From positions 30,939 to 94,938 of the forward strand of contig JACPIE010000038.1 in the NCBI GenBank assembly GCA_016188245.1: a stretch of DNA of 64,000 nt, in the 5' to 3' direction. The notes beneath the pieces were generated by a model that was not told where the DNA came from, did no database searches, and worked only from the letters and a program-made list of their open reading frames with translations. This DNA is from Candidatus Woesearchaeota archaeon. GTDB taxonomy: Archaea; Nanobdellota; Nanobdellia; Woesearchaeales; GW2011-AR4. The position numbers were made by a program, and so were the translations under genes. This document shows positions 9,989-19,696 of the stretch, one piece after another. Positions within the stretch are counted from its first letter, which is position 1; each line of letters opens with the position of its first letter.

Positions 9989-10353
9989 ATAACTATACCG
10001 AATGGAATATATACTATTAATATAAAAACATTCCGATTTGTTGTTTTATACTTTTTGGTATATACTTTTTAAAATTATATTCTGTTTAGTAGAGAAGTAA
10101 TATTTAAAGCTTGTGATTTGATAATTTATACTAATTGGTATATATATTTTTTGGTATAATCATTATTTGAGCACCCGAATGAGTTTAATAATTGCTATCA
10201 ATTTAAACTTTCCATATAGAAAATAAATTTGTTTTGCTCTATAAACCGAAAGATTTAAATATAAGTGTTATCATGTATAAGTAGTAACATATTAGATATA
10301 ATTGCAATAAAATATTTAAACAATAAAAACAAACAAAAGAGTGAACAAAGAAA
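9989..10353. promoter_or_regulatory. AT-rich divergent promoter region with three copies of a TTGGTATA(T/A) element
   Basis: Copies at ~10055, ~10135 and ~10151. TATA/BRE-like AT tracts lie between the divergent 5-gene operon and the gene at 10354. Confidence 0.3.
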
Positions 10354-11073
10354 ATGGGAAGAATCTGGAATTCAATTAGGGCTGCCGCAAGTAAAAAATG
10401 GAAAGAGGATAAGAAAGAAGTTAGGGAAGTATTAGGTGCCTTAAGAGGCAGAAAAGTACCTGAAGTTATAAAAGATAAATGGTATGGGGATATCAGGGCA
10501 ACAGGGAGATTTGGAAGAGATTATCTTGGAGAAGAGCCTAGATATGATACGGAAATCTTATCAGCATTGTCTCCAGATTTTTATGTAGCAAGCAAAGGCA
10601 GAAGGCTTGAAGATTATACTTTTGAAGTAGCTCCTCCATTTCAAATTCCAGTATATGCAAAGAAAGGCATGCAATTGCAAGATGCAGTTGCTATAGCATT
10701 AAAGGAATTGACAGATAAAGACAAAATACCAAACTTGGAAGATTTGGCAAACAGAGGAATTGTAGAAAAAATTTTATATCAAGCTAGCGGTGGACAAGAT
10801 GTTGCAGCTGAAGCTGGTATAGGATATAGTTTAAGATCCATATTTGCATCTGCAAGAAATGATTTGAGTCGTACTGGAGCGGTTAAACCAACTAAGGGAC
10901 CAGAAGCCAAGGCAACAGGAAAAGGGTACATGGTAACTATAACACCCATGATACTTAAAGATGTATCGGGTTATGCCGGAGGGTCTACAGGCCCTACAGG
11001 TGCATCGATACCTTTAACTTTTGACCCATCCTCAGGATACCATATACCATCTGGCGGCCCTGGCTCTCCATAA
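10354..11073 (+). CDS. hypothetical protein (239 aa) with Gly/Pro-rich C-terminus
   Basis: Clean ORF transcribed divergently from the operon. No motif recognised. Confidence 0.45.
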   Translation: MGRIWNSIRAAASKKWKEDKKEVREVLGALRGRKVPEVIKDKWYGDIRATGRFGRDYLGEEPRYDTEILSALSPDFYVASKGRRLEDYTFEVAPPFQIPVYAKKGMQLQDAVAIALKELTDKDKIPNLEDLANRGIVEKILYQASGGQDVAAEAGIGYSLRSIFASARNDLSRTGAVKPTKGPEAKATGKGYMVTITPMILKDVSGYAGGSTGPTGASIPLTFDPSSGYHIPSGGPGSP

Positions 11074-11117
11074 AACTTTTTTCTTTTTTTTATAATATTT
11101 TTATAATATCCTCCATC

Positions 11118-11507
11118 TCAATACCTCTCAACCCTTAACCCTTCTATTCTCTCAAAATGTTTGTCTCTTGTCAGAACTTTCCTGTTGTTTTTGATTGCAA
11201 TGCCTGCTATCATGGAATCTTCCGTGTCAATTTCTAACCCTTTTTTCATCAGTTTTCCGTCTATTGCGCCTGCGATTTTTGCGCTTTCCCCATCAAGAGG
11301 ATATACAATAAATCCCTTTAAAAAGGAAGTCAATTTTTGCTCCTCTTTTTCAACTTTGCCAAATTGGATTAACCCCCCGTACAATTCAAAAACTGTTGGT
11401 GATGCCAGCTCAACAGGAATGTTTTCGTCTATCAAGCCTTTCATTTTAGCTTTTGCATCTTCCCTGCCTTTAAGAAAATCTATTGCAAATGTTGTTTCTA
11501 AAATCAT
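11118..11507 (-). CDS. vapC: PIN-domain ribonuclease toxin (VapC)
   Basis: N-terminal 'ILETTFAIDFLKG' with acidic residues spaced as in PIN domains. The upstream antitoxin-like gene overlaps it by 4 nt. Confidence 0.7.
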   Translation of the reverse strand: MILETTFAIDFLKGREDAKAKMKGLIDENIPVELASPTVFELYGGLIQFGKVEKEEQKLTSFLKGFIVYPLDGESAKIAGAIDGKLMKKGLEIDTEDSMIAGIAIKNNRKVLTRDKHFERIEGLRVERY

Positions 11508-11737
11508 TTCATCATCTCTCTTATTTTGTTAGAGCGTTCTCGGCTGGCTTTGCGCCTTTCTTTTATGTATTGTGTAAGCTTTTCTCCCTCTTCTTCGCTA
11601 AGAATCCCGGCAAATTCCATAATTGACCTTTTGCCGGCGATCCTGTTTATCACGTCTGTAAAGCTTTCCTTAGGCTCTTTTTGTATTTTAAGCCTTTCAT
11701 AAGCCTCCTCAGTTATAGATATTGTTTTTGTCGCCAT
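11504..11737 (-). CDS. vapB: VapB-like antitoxin
   Basis: 77-aa protein ('ISITEEAYERLKIQKEP...') directly upstream of the PIN gene with a 4-nt overlap. Confidence 0.5.
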   Translation of the reverse strand: MATKTISITEEAYERLKIQKEPKESFTDVINRIAGKRSIMEFAGILSEEEGEKLTQYIKERRKASRERSNKIREMMK

Positions 11738-11868
11738 AATCTGTGTATGTATATGTATTTAATATTTAAATCTTTCTAAAATTTGTAACTACTCTAAAAT
11801 AATAAAAAATCAAAAACTTTATAAACCGTCGCCTATTATCCTACTTAGTAGCGCTTAACGCAACCAAA

Positions 11869-12012
11869 ATGAAGCAAAAAATCAGCATCACAATTGACGA
11901 GAAATCAATTTTAGATATTCTAAAGAATGTTGAAAGCGGCAAGTTTCGCAGCAAAAGCCACTTTGTAGAGTTTGCAGTAAAAAAGCTGCTTGAGGTGGAA
12001 AATGGCAGATGA
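11869..12012 (+). CDS. small ribbon-helix-helix (CopG/Arc-like) protein, not in ORF track
   Basis: Manual translation gives MKQKISITIDEKSILDILKNVESGKFRSKSHFVEFAVKKLLEVENGR, a beta-strand followed by two helices. Its stop overlaps the start codon of the downstream gene (ATGGCAGATGA). Confidence 0.45.
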   Translation: MKQKISITIDEKSILDILKNVESGKFRSKSHFVEFAVKKLLEVENGR

Positions 12013-12901
12013 GCATGGGCGGCAACAGGCACAGCCTGCTGAAAAGAAAGGCCCATCTAAATTCGAGGTAATAGTAAATGAATATGTAAAACAAATTGCC
12101 ATTCCTGTCGCAATAGGAGGAGTAGTAGCTGCTGCGCACAAAGTAGCGACATTATTTGGCTCAATTCCCGCAGCTGCTTCTGCAATTGGAGCTACACTTG
12201 AGCAGATTGTAAGCAAAGGAAATATAGACATCTCAACCGGAAGATTACTAAGTGAGACAGCAACTGGAGCAGCAGTTGGAAGCGCAGCTTATGCAGGTCT
12301 TCAAGCAGTCAACGGCATTCCAAAGGTTTTTGGGCTTGAACATGCTGTTGCAAATGTACTTGGTTATGTGATTCCAGTCAGCACTTTTGCTGTTGGAACT
12401 GCAACACTGGGAATTTTAGCGCCAGCAGCAGTCGCTCTTTATTACTCCGTCAGTCATTTATTCAATAATAACTTTAAATTTGAAGGAATGGGTAAGGATT
12501 TCAAGGAGCACTATCTGAAAGGATTGGCAAGAACAATGCCATTAAACATATTATCTTCTCTTGGAGTTGCGGCGCTTTATGCAGGATATACATTAACTCC
12601 TTACATTGCAATTCCTGCTGCTCTTGGACTTGGGGCATTATACAGGCTTGCATTGTCAAGAGAAAAAATAAATTATTTTTATTTGAAATTAGCTACTTTA
12701 CCTGTATGGGGCCCTATCGTTGGAGCATCTCATCTGATTGCAGGAGCAGTTACAACAGCGTATGAAGCCGTAAAAGGAGCCATTTATCAAGGCTTATCAA
12801 TACTTAATCATGCCCGTGTAGGTATCCATGATTTGGGGTTCGCAACCCACATGGCAATGATGGGAGCTGTTCCTGCACCGGCAGCAAAGAAAGGGCATTA
12901 A
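12002..12901 (+). CDS. Gly/Ala-rich membrane protein
   Basis: Likely starts at ATG 12002 (MADEHG); the track start at 11990 is TTG. Repeated G/A-rich hydrophobic helices. Translationally coupled to the RHH ORF. Confidence 0.45.
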   Translation: MADEHGRQQAQPAEKKGPSKFEVIVNEYVKQIAIPVAIGGVVAAAHKVATLFGSIPAAASAIGATLEQIVSKGNIDISTGRLLSETATGAAVGSAAYAGLQAVNGIPKVFGLEHAVANVLGYVIPVSTFAVGTATLGILAPAAVALYYSVSHLFNNNFKFEGMGKDFKEHYLKGLARTMPLNILSSLGVAALYAGYTLTPYIAIPAALGLGALYRLALSREKINYFYLKLATLPVWGPIVGASHLIAGAVTTAYEAVKGAIYQGLSILNHARVGIHDLGFATHMAMMGAVPAPAAKKGH

Positions 12902-13056
12902 TCCTTATGCATAGCTTCAGCCAAAAATAGTCAGAAATCCACCCAAACACCCATCAAGAAAGCCACAAGCAGGTTTCCTTCATAACTATGCTGCAAAAGG
13001 AAGCTCTCGTTTTTTAATTTAATCAATGAACTGAATTATAATTAATTTAAAAAATT

Positions 13057-13572
13057 CTATTTTCTTAAAGCTTTTATTATCTCCCTGCAGAATGCAGGCA
13101 AATCATCCGGCTTTCTTGAAGTGATTATGTTGCCGTCAACAACAACCTCTTCATCTGAATATCTTGCGCCGGCATTCATCACATCGTCTTTTATCGCGCT
13201 TACACAGGTTAATTTCTTTCCTTTCAGTATGCCTGCGCTGACCAAAACCCATGGGCCGTGGCAGATTGCAGCAACAATCTTTCCGGCGGAATGCATTTCC
13301 TTTACGAAATCAAGAACCTCCTTGTGCCTTCTTAATTTATCGGGAGCAAACCCTCCCGGCACGATAACAGCATCAAAATCTTTTGCCTTGTAATTTGTAG
13401 CATCTCCATCCACTTCAAGCGGATAGCCGTTCTTGCCCTTGTAAGTTTTGTCTCCGGTGCCTGCAACAACAACCTTTGCGCCTTCTTCCGCAAGCCTCAG
13501 CTTTGGGTACCAGAGCTCCAAATCTTCGTAAATGTTTTCCGCAAAAATCATAACTTTTTTGTTGTTTAGCAT
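13057..13572 (-). CDS. DJ-1/PfpI family protease/deglycase
   Basis: Nucleophile-elbow 'AAICHGPWVL' (Cys-His) and overall PfpI length and layout. Confidence 0.8.
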   Translation of the reverse strand: MLNNKKVMIFAENIYEDLELWYPKLRLAEEGAKVVVAGTGDKTYKGKNGYPLEVDGDATNYKAKDFDAVIVPGGFAPDKLRRHKEVLDFVKEMHSAGKIVAAICHGPWVLVSAGILKGKKLTCVSAIKDDVMNAGARYSDEEVVVDGNIITSRKPDDLPAFCREIIKALRK

Positions 13573-13607
13573 ATTAAATGAGATATTTTTGCTGTTTATT
13601 TATTTTT

Positions 13608-14552
13608 CTAGTGTGTCCAGTCAAGCACAGCGCCTTTTCCGCCTGTTATCCATTTGTAGCATTCAAGTGCAGCCTTTGCGCCTTCGCCTGCCGCAATGAC
13701 AGTCTGCTTGAACGGAACCGGAGTTATGTCGCCGCATGCAAAAATACCGGGACAGGAAGTGTTCCCCCTTTCATCGACAATTATCTCTTTCTTTTCATTG
13801 ACCTTGACAAGGTGCTGCACAAAATTTGTGTCCACAACATACCCTATTTCAATGAAAATGCCGTCAACTTTCAGCTCTTTCCTATCTTTTGTCACAATAT
13901 CTTCAACTTCAATGCCATCAACATTTTTCCCCCCTATGACTTTAGTTGAAACGCTGTTTAATACCAGCTCGATATTTGGGCTGTTTTTGAGCTTTTCAAC
14001 AGTTATCTCGTCTGCCCTGAATGAGTCTCTCCTGTGGACAAGATAAACCTTTCTTGCGATTGTTGCAAGCTCCAAAGTGCCTTCTATAGCAGAATTTCCG
14101 CCTCCAATCACGCAAACATCCCTGTTCTTGTACAGCGGCGCATCGCAGGTCACGCAAGTCGAAACCCCCCTGCCCATAAATCTTTCTTCGCCTTCAATCC
14201 CAAGTGATTTAGGAACTTTCCCATAGGCAAGAATGAGGGATTTGCATTCATATTCCTCGCCGTTTGCCAGCCCAATCCTGAACCCATCTTCTGTCTTTTC
14301 AGACTTAACCGCCTTGCCCATTATTATTTCGGCGCCAAAGCCGACAGCTTCGTCCTGGAATCTCCTCATGAGCTCGATTCCGCTCATTGGGCCTGTGCCG
14401 GGGTAGTTTTCAATGTGGCTTGTAAGGTTAGTCTGCCCGCCGACATCAATGCTCAAAATTGCAGTCCTTAATTTCTTCCTGCAGGTGTAGATGGCTGCCG
14501 TCATTCCGGCTGCGCCCGCTCCTATAATTATGACGTCGTGCATGAGAACCAT
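13608..14552 (-). CDS. trxB: thioredoxin-disulfide reductase
   Basis: FAD motif 'DVIIIGAGAAGMTAA', redox-active 'CVTCD', NADPH motif 'VCVIGGGNSA'. Probable start at the internal MHDVIIIG. Confidence 0.85.
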   Translation of the reverse strand: MVLMHDVIIIGAGAAGMTAAIYTCRKKLRTAILSIDVGGQTNLTSHIENYPGTGPMSGIELMRRFQDEAVGFGAEIIMGKAVKSEKTEDGFRIGLANGEEYECKSLILAYGKVPKSLGIEGEERFMGRGVSTCVTCDAPLYKNRDVCVIGGGNSAIEGTLELATIARKVYLVHRRDSFRADEITVEKLKNSPNIELVLNSVSTKVIGGKNVDGIEVEDIVTKDRKELKVDGIFIEIGYVVDTNFVQHLVKVNEKKEIIVDERGNTSCPGIFACGDITPVPFKQTVIAAGEGAKAALECYKWITGGKGAVLDWTH

Positions 14553-14643
14553 GTTTTAGGATAAATGCGGATTTTAAAAATGTTATGTTGTTTACAAATT
14601 TAAAAAGAAAAATTTTATATATCCTCCTCTGTATTCGGGCAGT

Positions 14644-15033
14644 ATGCTGGTGAAAGACTGCACTTTGATAAAGCCATTGTATTGCAAAAAGGAAGCAAAT
14701 CTGGTTGAAGTAGCTAAGCTTCTTAGGCAAAACAAGCAAAGAAGAATCACAGTTATAGACGAAAATGAATTTCCTGTCGGGATAATATCAACAACTGACA
14801 TCAACAACAAGGTTGTGGCGGAGAACAAGAATGCGTCAGAACTCAAAGCAGAATCCATAATGACTTCCCCGATTTACCTCACCTGCGACATTAACGATAA
14901 GCTAAATGACATATTCAACAGGATGCTGAAGCATGAATCATTCTTTTGTCCTGTGACCAAGGAAGGAAAATTGTATGGAGTCATAACATATGGGGAACTG
15001 ACAAGCCATATAAATCAAAAAGTGAAAAAATGA
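14644..15033 (+). CDS. CBS-domain pair protein
   Basis: Two CBS-like repeats ('VIDENEFPVGIISTTDI', 'PVTKEGKLYGVITYGEL'). Confidence 0.7.
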   Translation: MLVKDCTLIKPLYCKKEANLVEVAKLLRQNKQRRITVIDENEFPVGIISTTDINNKVVAENKNASELKAESIMTSPIYLTCDINDKLNDIFNRMLKHESFFCPVTKEGKLYGVITYGELTSHINQKVKK

Positions 15034-15782
15034 TAGCTAAATTTTTGCTGGAGGCCGGCAAAAGAGCGGCATTGGCTGGCTTGGCGGAACGTGCTACCAA
15101 ATTGTATACTGCAGTAAGGCATGGAGGAAAAAAATTCTTTGACAGGATTGGCGATTATGCTGTGAAAAGGGCTGATGGAACACAATACACTTTGGGGGAA
15201 ATGGCAGCTCATCACGGCTTGGAGTCATACCTTGAAGATTCCAAGCAGGCCATGCAGCAAAAATTTAAGGACTACCTAATCCGCCTAAACAAATTTATAG
15301 GATACATCCAGAATTTAGGGCAAATTGCCAACCATAAACTGGAAGATTACAAAATTAATGTTTATGTGGCTGCAAGAGGCGCATTTGACGAATTGTCCAA
15401 GCTTGCAGGCTACACTCCCAAAGTCAAGATAGGGAAGTATGGCTATTTGACTGACTTTTCCACCGCATACATGGACGCAATAGGGGATATAAACAAGAGG
15501 CTTGAAAGATTACTGAGTATGGGTTCTGCATTGGATAGCGCAAGACTGGCTTATCACGGATTTAGCATAGCTTTGAGAAATTTGGAACAAAAAGCCATTG
15601 AGAAAAAAAGGATTATTTCAGCAGGCCTCGAGAAAATTGTAAGCGCTCCGCTTGATTTCGACCAAGCAAGAAAAGCAACAAAACCGGTTTTCAGGATGTA
15701 TGGTGACTTGGTAAGGGAAATCAAGGCAAGCTACGCAGCGGATTTGGATAGAGGGATATATCTGGCACGTTCACCTGCTTAA
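15030..15782 (+). CDS. hypothetical protein
   Basis: The track ORF begins at 14946 and overlaps the CBS gene. The internal Met at 15030 (MIAKFLLEAG) is the more plausible start. No motif recognised. Confidence 0.4.
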   Translation: MIAKFLLEAGKRAALAGLAERATKLYTAVRHGGKKFFDRIGDYAVKRADGTQYTLGEMAAHHGLESYLEDSKQAMQQKFKDYLIRLNKFIGYIQNLGQIANHKLEDYKINVYVAARGAFDELSKLAGYTPKVKIGKYGYLTDFSTAYMDAIGDINKRLERLLSMGSALDSARLAYHGFSIALRNLEQKAIEKKRIISAGLEKIVSAPLDFDQARKATKPVFRMYGDLVREIKASYAADLDRGIYLARSPA

Positions 15783-15783
15783 T

Positions 15784-17280
15784 TTATTTCCACTCCCTCA
15801 TCATTTCCATAAGCAGCCTTACAGTAGCCCCTGTCGCCCCTTTTGTTAAAATCCCTTTGTCAACTTTTGACCATACTGTCGTGCCTATGTCTATGTGCGC
15901 CCAAGGAATATCGCCAACAAAATTCTTGAGGAACATTGAAGCGGTTATCACCCCTGCTTCGCCTTCATCTCCGATGTGCTTCACATCAGCCACATCGCTT
16001 TTCAGGCTGTCTTCATATTCCTGCCAAAGCGGAAGCTCCCATAATTTTTCAAGGCTTTTTGCAGAAGCATTGTTCAGCCTTTTCCTTAAGCTTTCATCTG
16101 TGCATACAAATGGCGTGCCGGCATACCCCAAAACAATCAAGCTTGCCCCTGTCAAAGTTGCAATGTCTATGATTGCCTGAGGCTTCTTCTCGGCAGCATA
16201 GCTCAATGCATCGGCCAAAATCAGCCTGCCTTCCGCATCAGTGTTTTTTATTTCAACTGTTGTCCCGTTATATGCCTTTAAAACATCGTCCGGCCTGAAA
16301 GAAGTCCCGCTTGGCATGTTCTCGCACAATGGAGTTATCACGATTATGTTTACAGCCAGCCTTAATCTGGCGCAGGCTTCAATGATATGCATCGCTGCAA
16401 CAGCCCCTCCTTTGTCGTCCTTCATGTTTAAGATGTAAGGATAAGGCTTCAGGTTCAATCCTCCACTGTCAAAAGTGACGCCTTTGCCGACTATGGCAAT
16501 CGGCTTTTGCGTTTTGGCAGCCCCATAATATTCAAGCACTATCATTCTTGGCTTGTTGATGCTGCCTTGGGAAACTCCAATAAAGCAGCCCATTTTCATG
16601 CTTTCAATCTGCTTTTCGTCAAATATGGTACATTTCAAATTTGATTTTTTTGCAATTTCTTTGGCATAACCTGCAACATATTCAGGAGTTGCAACATTTG
16701 GCGGAGTATTAATCAAATCTCTTGTTTTGTTGACTGCATCAGCCACAGCAGAGGCATATTTTATTTCATTATCGAAAGTTTTCCCTGAATTTGAGATGAT
16801 TGTGGCCTGCCTTATTTTTTTTATTTTGTCCTTGTCCTTTGTTTTGTACTCTGTAAACTGGTAAACCCCCATCAAAATGCCCAATGCCGCCTTTTCAACA
16901 CAATCTTCCTCCCTGAATCTGCCTTTGAATGATTCCAGGAAAATACTGAAGTTTTCAGTTTTGCTGTCCCTCATCCTTTTTGATGCATCTGCTATTGTGT
17001 TAGAAAGAACATCCAGGCCGTATTTTTCCTCTTCGCCCAATCCTACCAAAACAATGTTTTTTATTCCCTTATTTGCGTAAATGCTTTTTATTTCGCCCTT
17101 ATCGCCCTTGAAGCTGTTGCCCTTAATGTATGAGCTGACGGCATTTCCGTATTCTTTGTCCAATTCCGACAATTCTGCGTTTAATCCAGTCTTGTCTTTG
17201 AAAAACCCTATCAGCAAAGCGCTGTCCTTGGCTTTGGCTAAGCCTACCTTTGCAGTTATCACAGAAGCAGTTTGGTTCAT
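15784..17280 (-). CDS. pepA: leucyl aminopeptidase (M17 family)
   Basis: Diagnostic 'NTDAEGRL' signature and 'VGKGVTFDSGG'. Confidence 0.85.
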   Translation of the reverse strand: MNQTASVITAKVGLAKAKDSALLIGFFKDKTGLNAELSELDKEYGNAVSSYIKGNSFKGDKGEIKSIYANKGIKNIVLVGLGEEEKYGLDVLSNTIADASKRMRDSKTENFSIFLESFKGRFREEDCVEKAALGILMGVYQFTEYKTKDKDKIKKIRQATIISNSGKTFDNEIKYASAVADAVNKTRDLINTPPNVATPEYVAGYAKEIAKKSNLKCTIFDEKQIESMKMGCFIGVSQGSINKPRMIVLEYYGAAKTQKPIAIVGKGVTFDSGGLNLKPYPYILNMKDDKGGAVAAMHIIEACARLRLAVNIIVITPLCENMPSGTSFRPDDVLKAYNGTTVEIKNTDAEGRLILADALSYAAEKKPQAIIDIATLTGASLIVLGYAGTPFVCTDESLRKRLNNASAKSLEKLWELPLWQEYEDSLKSDVADVKHIGDEGEAGVITASMFLKNFVGDIPWAHIDIGTTVWSKVDKGILTKGATGATVRLLMEMMREWK

Positions 17281-17312
17281 AAAAATTGAAATTGAAAGGT
17301 GGTTTATTAATC

Positions 17313-18794
17313 TTATGAATTGCCGAGAATCATCTCAACTCCAACGGCATACAAGGCTGCGAAATATCCGAAATTAAGATAACTGTCGGCAAAGTACAGC
17401 AAAGTTTTCTCAGCAGCCTGCCTGTATTCTTCCTCTTTGGCAATGGAATGCAGCCTTAAAAAAACAACTGCGCAAAAAGAATTGTCCAGGAATTGCCTGC
17501 TTCTCTGATTCAAAGTTCCAAAATCTCCTTTCTCGATTATCCTGTCAAAAAACCCCCCATTTTTAACATCATAAAAACTTTCCAGTATAAATCCGGCAAG
17601 CTCCTTCATTGTGCCGAGGTATTTTTGATTTTTATTTATGGCGTAAATATCAACAAGGCAGTTTAAAAAATGAATATTGTCGGCTAATAAGCCGCGGATA
17701 TGGGGTTCTCCGTCATAATAATGGGACATTCCTTTGCCCTTGTCATAGCATTTCTCAAGTATGAAATCTGCAGTTTTTACCGCAAAATCAGTTATTTTGC
17801 CGTCATTCAGCACAACCCCTGTTTTTATGTAAGAGGAGATCATCATTGCATTCCAGTCCACATAAATTGTCCTGTCAACATGCGGATAGCCTTTTCTTTT
17901 TCTTTCATCGGCATTTAAATGATAAAACTCCTCGTCAGCATCCTGCGAGCCGTAAAATCCGCCGCCATTTTGGTCGGATAGGAACTTATTGATGTAGCTG
18001 ATTGTCTCGACTGCAGTTTCCCTATACTTTTCATCCCCGGTTATATCAAAAGCATCAGCATAATTTCTCAGCAATCCGGCATTTGTGTCCAGCATTTTTT
18101 CGTAATGGGGGATCTTCCAGTCTTGCGATACAGAATACCGAAAAAAGCCAAAATCAACATTGTCATAAATGCCGTTTCGCATTTCATCAAGCGTCTTAAT
18201 GGCCATTTCAAGGCATTTTTTGGATTTTGTTTTTTTGTACTGGAGGAACAGCAGGTCAACAACATCGGGGGATGGAAATTTTGGCTGCGCCCCAAATCCG
18301 CCGTAAAAGCTGTCAAAACTGCCCTCTACCAGCAGCAGGATCTCTTTTACAGCATCCTCGCTTATTTTTGCTTTGCTTGCATACTCTCCTTTTATTATTT
18401 TTTCAGCAGCTTCTGAAATCTTTTGCTTAATTTCCTCTTTCCTTTTTTTGTATTCTTCCTTCACAGATTTCAGCATGGCTTTCAGCCTTTCAGGAGGCAC
18501 ATATGTTTCGCCTGCAATTATGCAGCCGTCCGGATTTAGGAAGACAGTTGAAGGAAACCCCCCCATGTTGTACCTTTCCTTTATATCCGGCCTTTTGTCA
18601 ATGTCCACCTTGACTGGCACAAAATCTTTGCTTATGGCTTCTGCAATATCATCGTCGGAATAAGAGCCCGCATCCATCACATGGCACCAGTGGCACCATA
18701 CAGCCGTCAAATCCAGCAGGATTGGCTTGTCTTCTTTTCTTGCCTTTTCAAAAGCTGATTTGCCCCATTCCAGCCAGTTTATTTTGGTTTTCAT
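17313..18794 (-). CDS. thioredoxin-domain protein, DUF255/YyaL-like
   Basis: N-terminal 'AVWCHWCHVMD' (thioredoxin-like CxxC of DUF255), followed by an alpha/alpha-toroid-like C-terminal region. Confidence 0.75.
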   Translation of the reverse strand: MKTKINWLEWGKSAFEKARKEDKPILLDLTAVWCHWCHVMDAGSYSDDDIAEAISKDFVPVKVDIDKRPDIKERYNMGGFPSTVFLNPDGCIIAGETYVPPERLKAMLKSVKEEYKKRKEEIKQKISEAAEKIIKGEYASKAKISEDAVKEILLLVEGSFDSFYGGFGAQPKFPSPDVVDLLFLQYKKTKSKKCLEMAIKTLDEMRNGIYDNVDFGFFRYSVSQDWKIPHYEKMLDTNAGLLRNYADAFDITGDEKYRETAVETISYINKFLSDQNGGGFYGSQDADEEFYHLNADERKRKGYPHVDRTIYVDWNAMMISSYIKTGVVLNDGKITDFAVKTADFILEKCYDKGKGMSHYYDGEPHIRGLLADNIHFLNCLVDIYAINKNQKYLGTMKELAGFILESFYDVKNGGFFDRIIEKGDFGTLNQRSRQFLDNSFCAVVFLRLHSIAKEEEYRQAAEKTLLYFADSYLNFGYFAALYAVGVEMILGNS

Positions 18795-19259
18795 TTATTG
18801 CTCAAGACTGATTATGCCCCTTCTGCCTGCAAAACCTTCATCTATTTCGTGCCATGCCCTTATCTTGGATTCTCCAAGCCTCCAGCACAGGAAAATGTCC
18901 CTTCCCTCAAATTTGCAGTAAAAATCCACAAGCCCCTGCTCCAGGTCCTTGAGCAAGCAGCCTATCCTCTCAAAATTTTCCATCTCATTGTAGAATTCGT
19001 AAGACAGCTTGTGATAATCCTTGTTGAGCTTTGTGCTCATCTCAAGAAAATCGTCATAGCCTATCTCGTCCGGATTAGCCCTTACTGAAAGTATGGAGCC
19101 GATTGCCCTTTTCAGCCCCTGAAGCTTTGCTATTGATTTTTTTATTTCAGGCAGCTTTGCCTGCGCGGCCTCTGCTGTAAAATACTTTTTCGCCATGATG
19201 GCCGGCACATTCCGAAGTTTATAATCCTTTTGGTGGCAAAAGCATACCTTTATATACAA
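18795..19259 (-). CDS. hypothetical protein (DUF2203-like?)
   Basis: Probable start at the internal MAKKYFTAE. Weak resemblance only ('CWRLGE...WHE'). Confidence 0.35.
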   Translation of the reverse strand: MYIKVCFCHQKDYKLRNVPAIMAKKYFTAEAAQAKLPEIKKSIAKLQGLKRAIGSILSVRANPDEIGYDDFLEMSTKLNKDYHKLSYEFYNEMENFERIGCLLKDLEQGLVDFYCKFEGRDIFLCWRLGESKIRAWHEIDEGFAGRRGIISLEQ

Positions 19260-19279
19260 GTTAGGCTAACCTAACTTTT

Positions 19280-19678
19280 ATGTTTACGGCAAGCAGGGAA
19301 GACTACCTGAGGGGGATTTATATACTTGAAGAAGAGAAAGGCAGGATAAAATCAATTGACCTGGCGCATTACCTGAAAGTTTCAAAGCCGAGCGTTTCAG
19401 AGATGGTCAGGGAGCTTGGCAGGGAAGGCCTCGTGTCTCATAAAAAATACTCAAGCCTGAATTTCACCCCAAAAGGAAGGCAAATCGCAAAAAAGCTGAC
19501 ATCGAAGCACAGATTGATAGAGCTTTTTTTGAAAGATATGCTGAAAATAAAATCCAGGAAAGTGCATGAGGAGGCCCATAGGCTTGAGCACGCTTTCAGC
19601 GACGAGTCAATAGGGAGAATAAGAAAACTGCTCCACAATCCGAAAAAAGACCCTCACGGGAAGCCGATACCCCAGTAA
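19280..19678 (+). CDS. DtxR/MntR-family metal-dependent transcriptional repressor
   Basis: 'SREDYLRGIYILEEEKGRIKSIDLAHYLKVSKPSVSEMVREL' is the DtxR HTH. Sits upstream of the metal transporters. Confidence 0.8.
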   Translation: MFTASREDYLRGIYILEEEKGRIKSIDLAHYLKVSKPSVSEMVRELGREGLVSHKKYSSLNFTPKGRQIAKKLTSKHRLIELFLKDMLKIKSRKVHEEAHRLEHAFSDESIGRIRKLLHNPKKDPHGKPIPQ

Positions 19679-19696
19679 TTCTATACCGCATCAAAA

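Noticed and set aside
11841-12231. Minus-strand ORFs 11841..12056, 11888..12139, 11920..12231
   Set aside because: They overlap the plus-strand RHH ORF and the start of the Gly/Ala-rich protein. They are Cys/Ala-rich antisense artefacts of the Gly/Ala codons.
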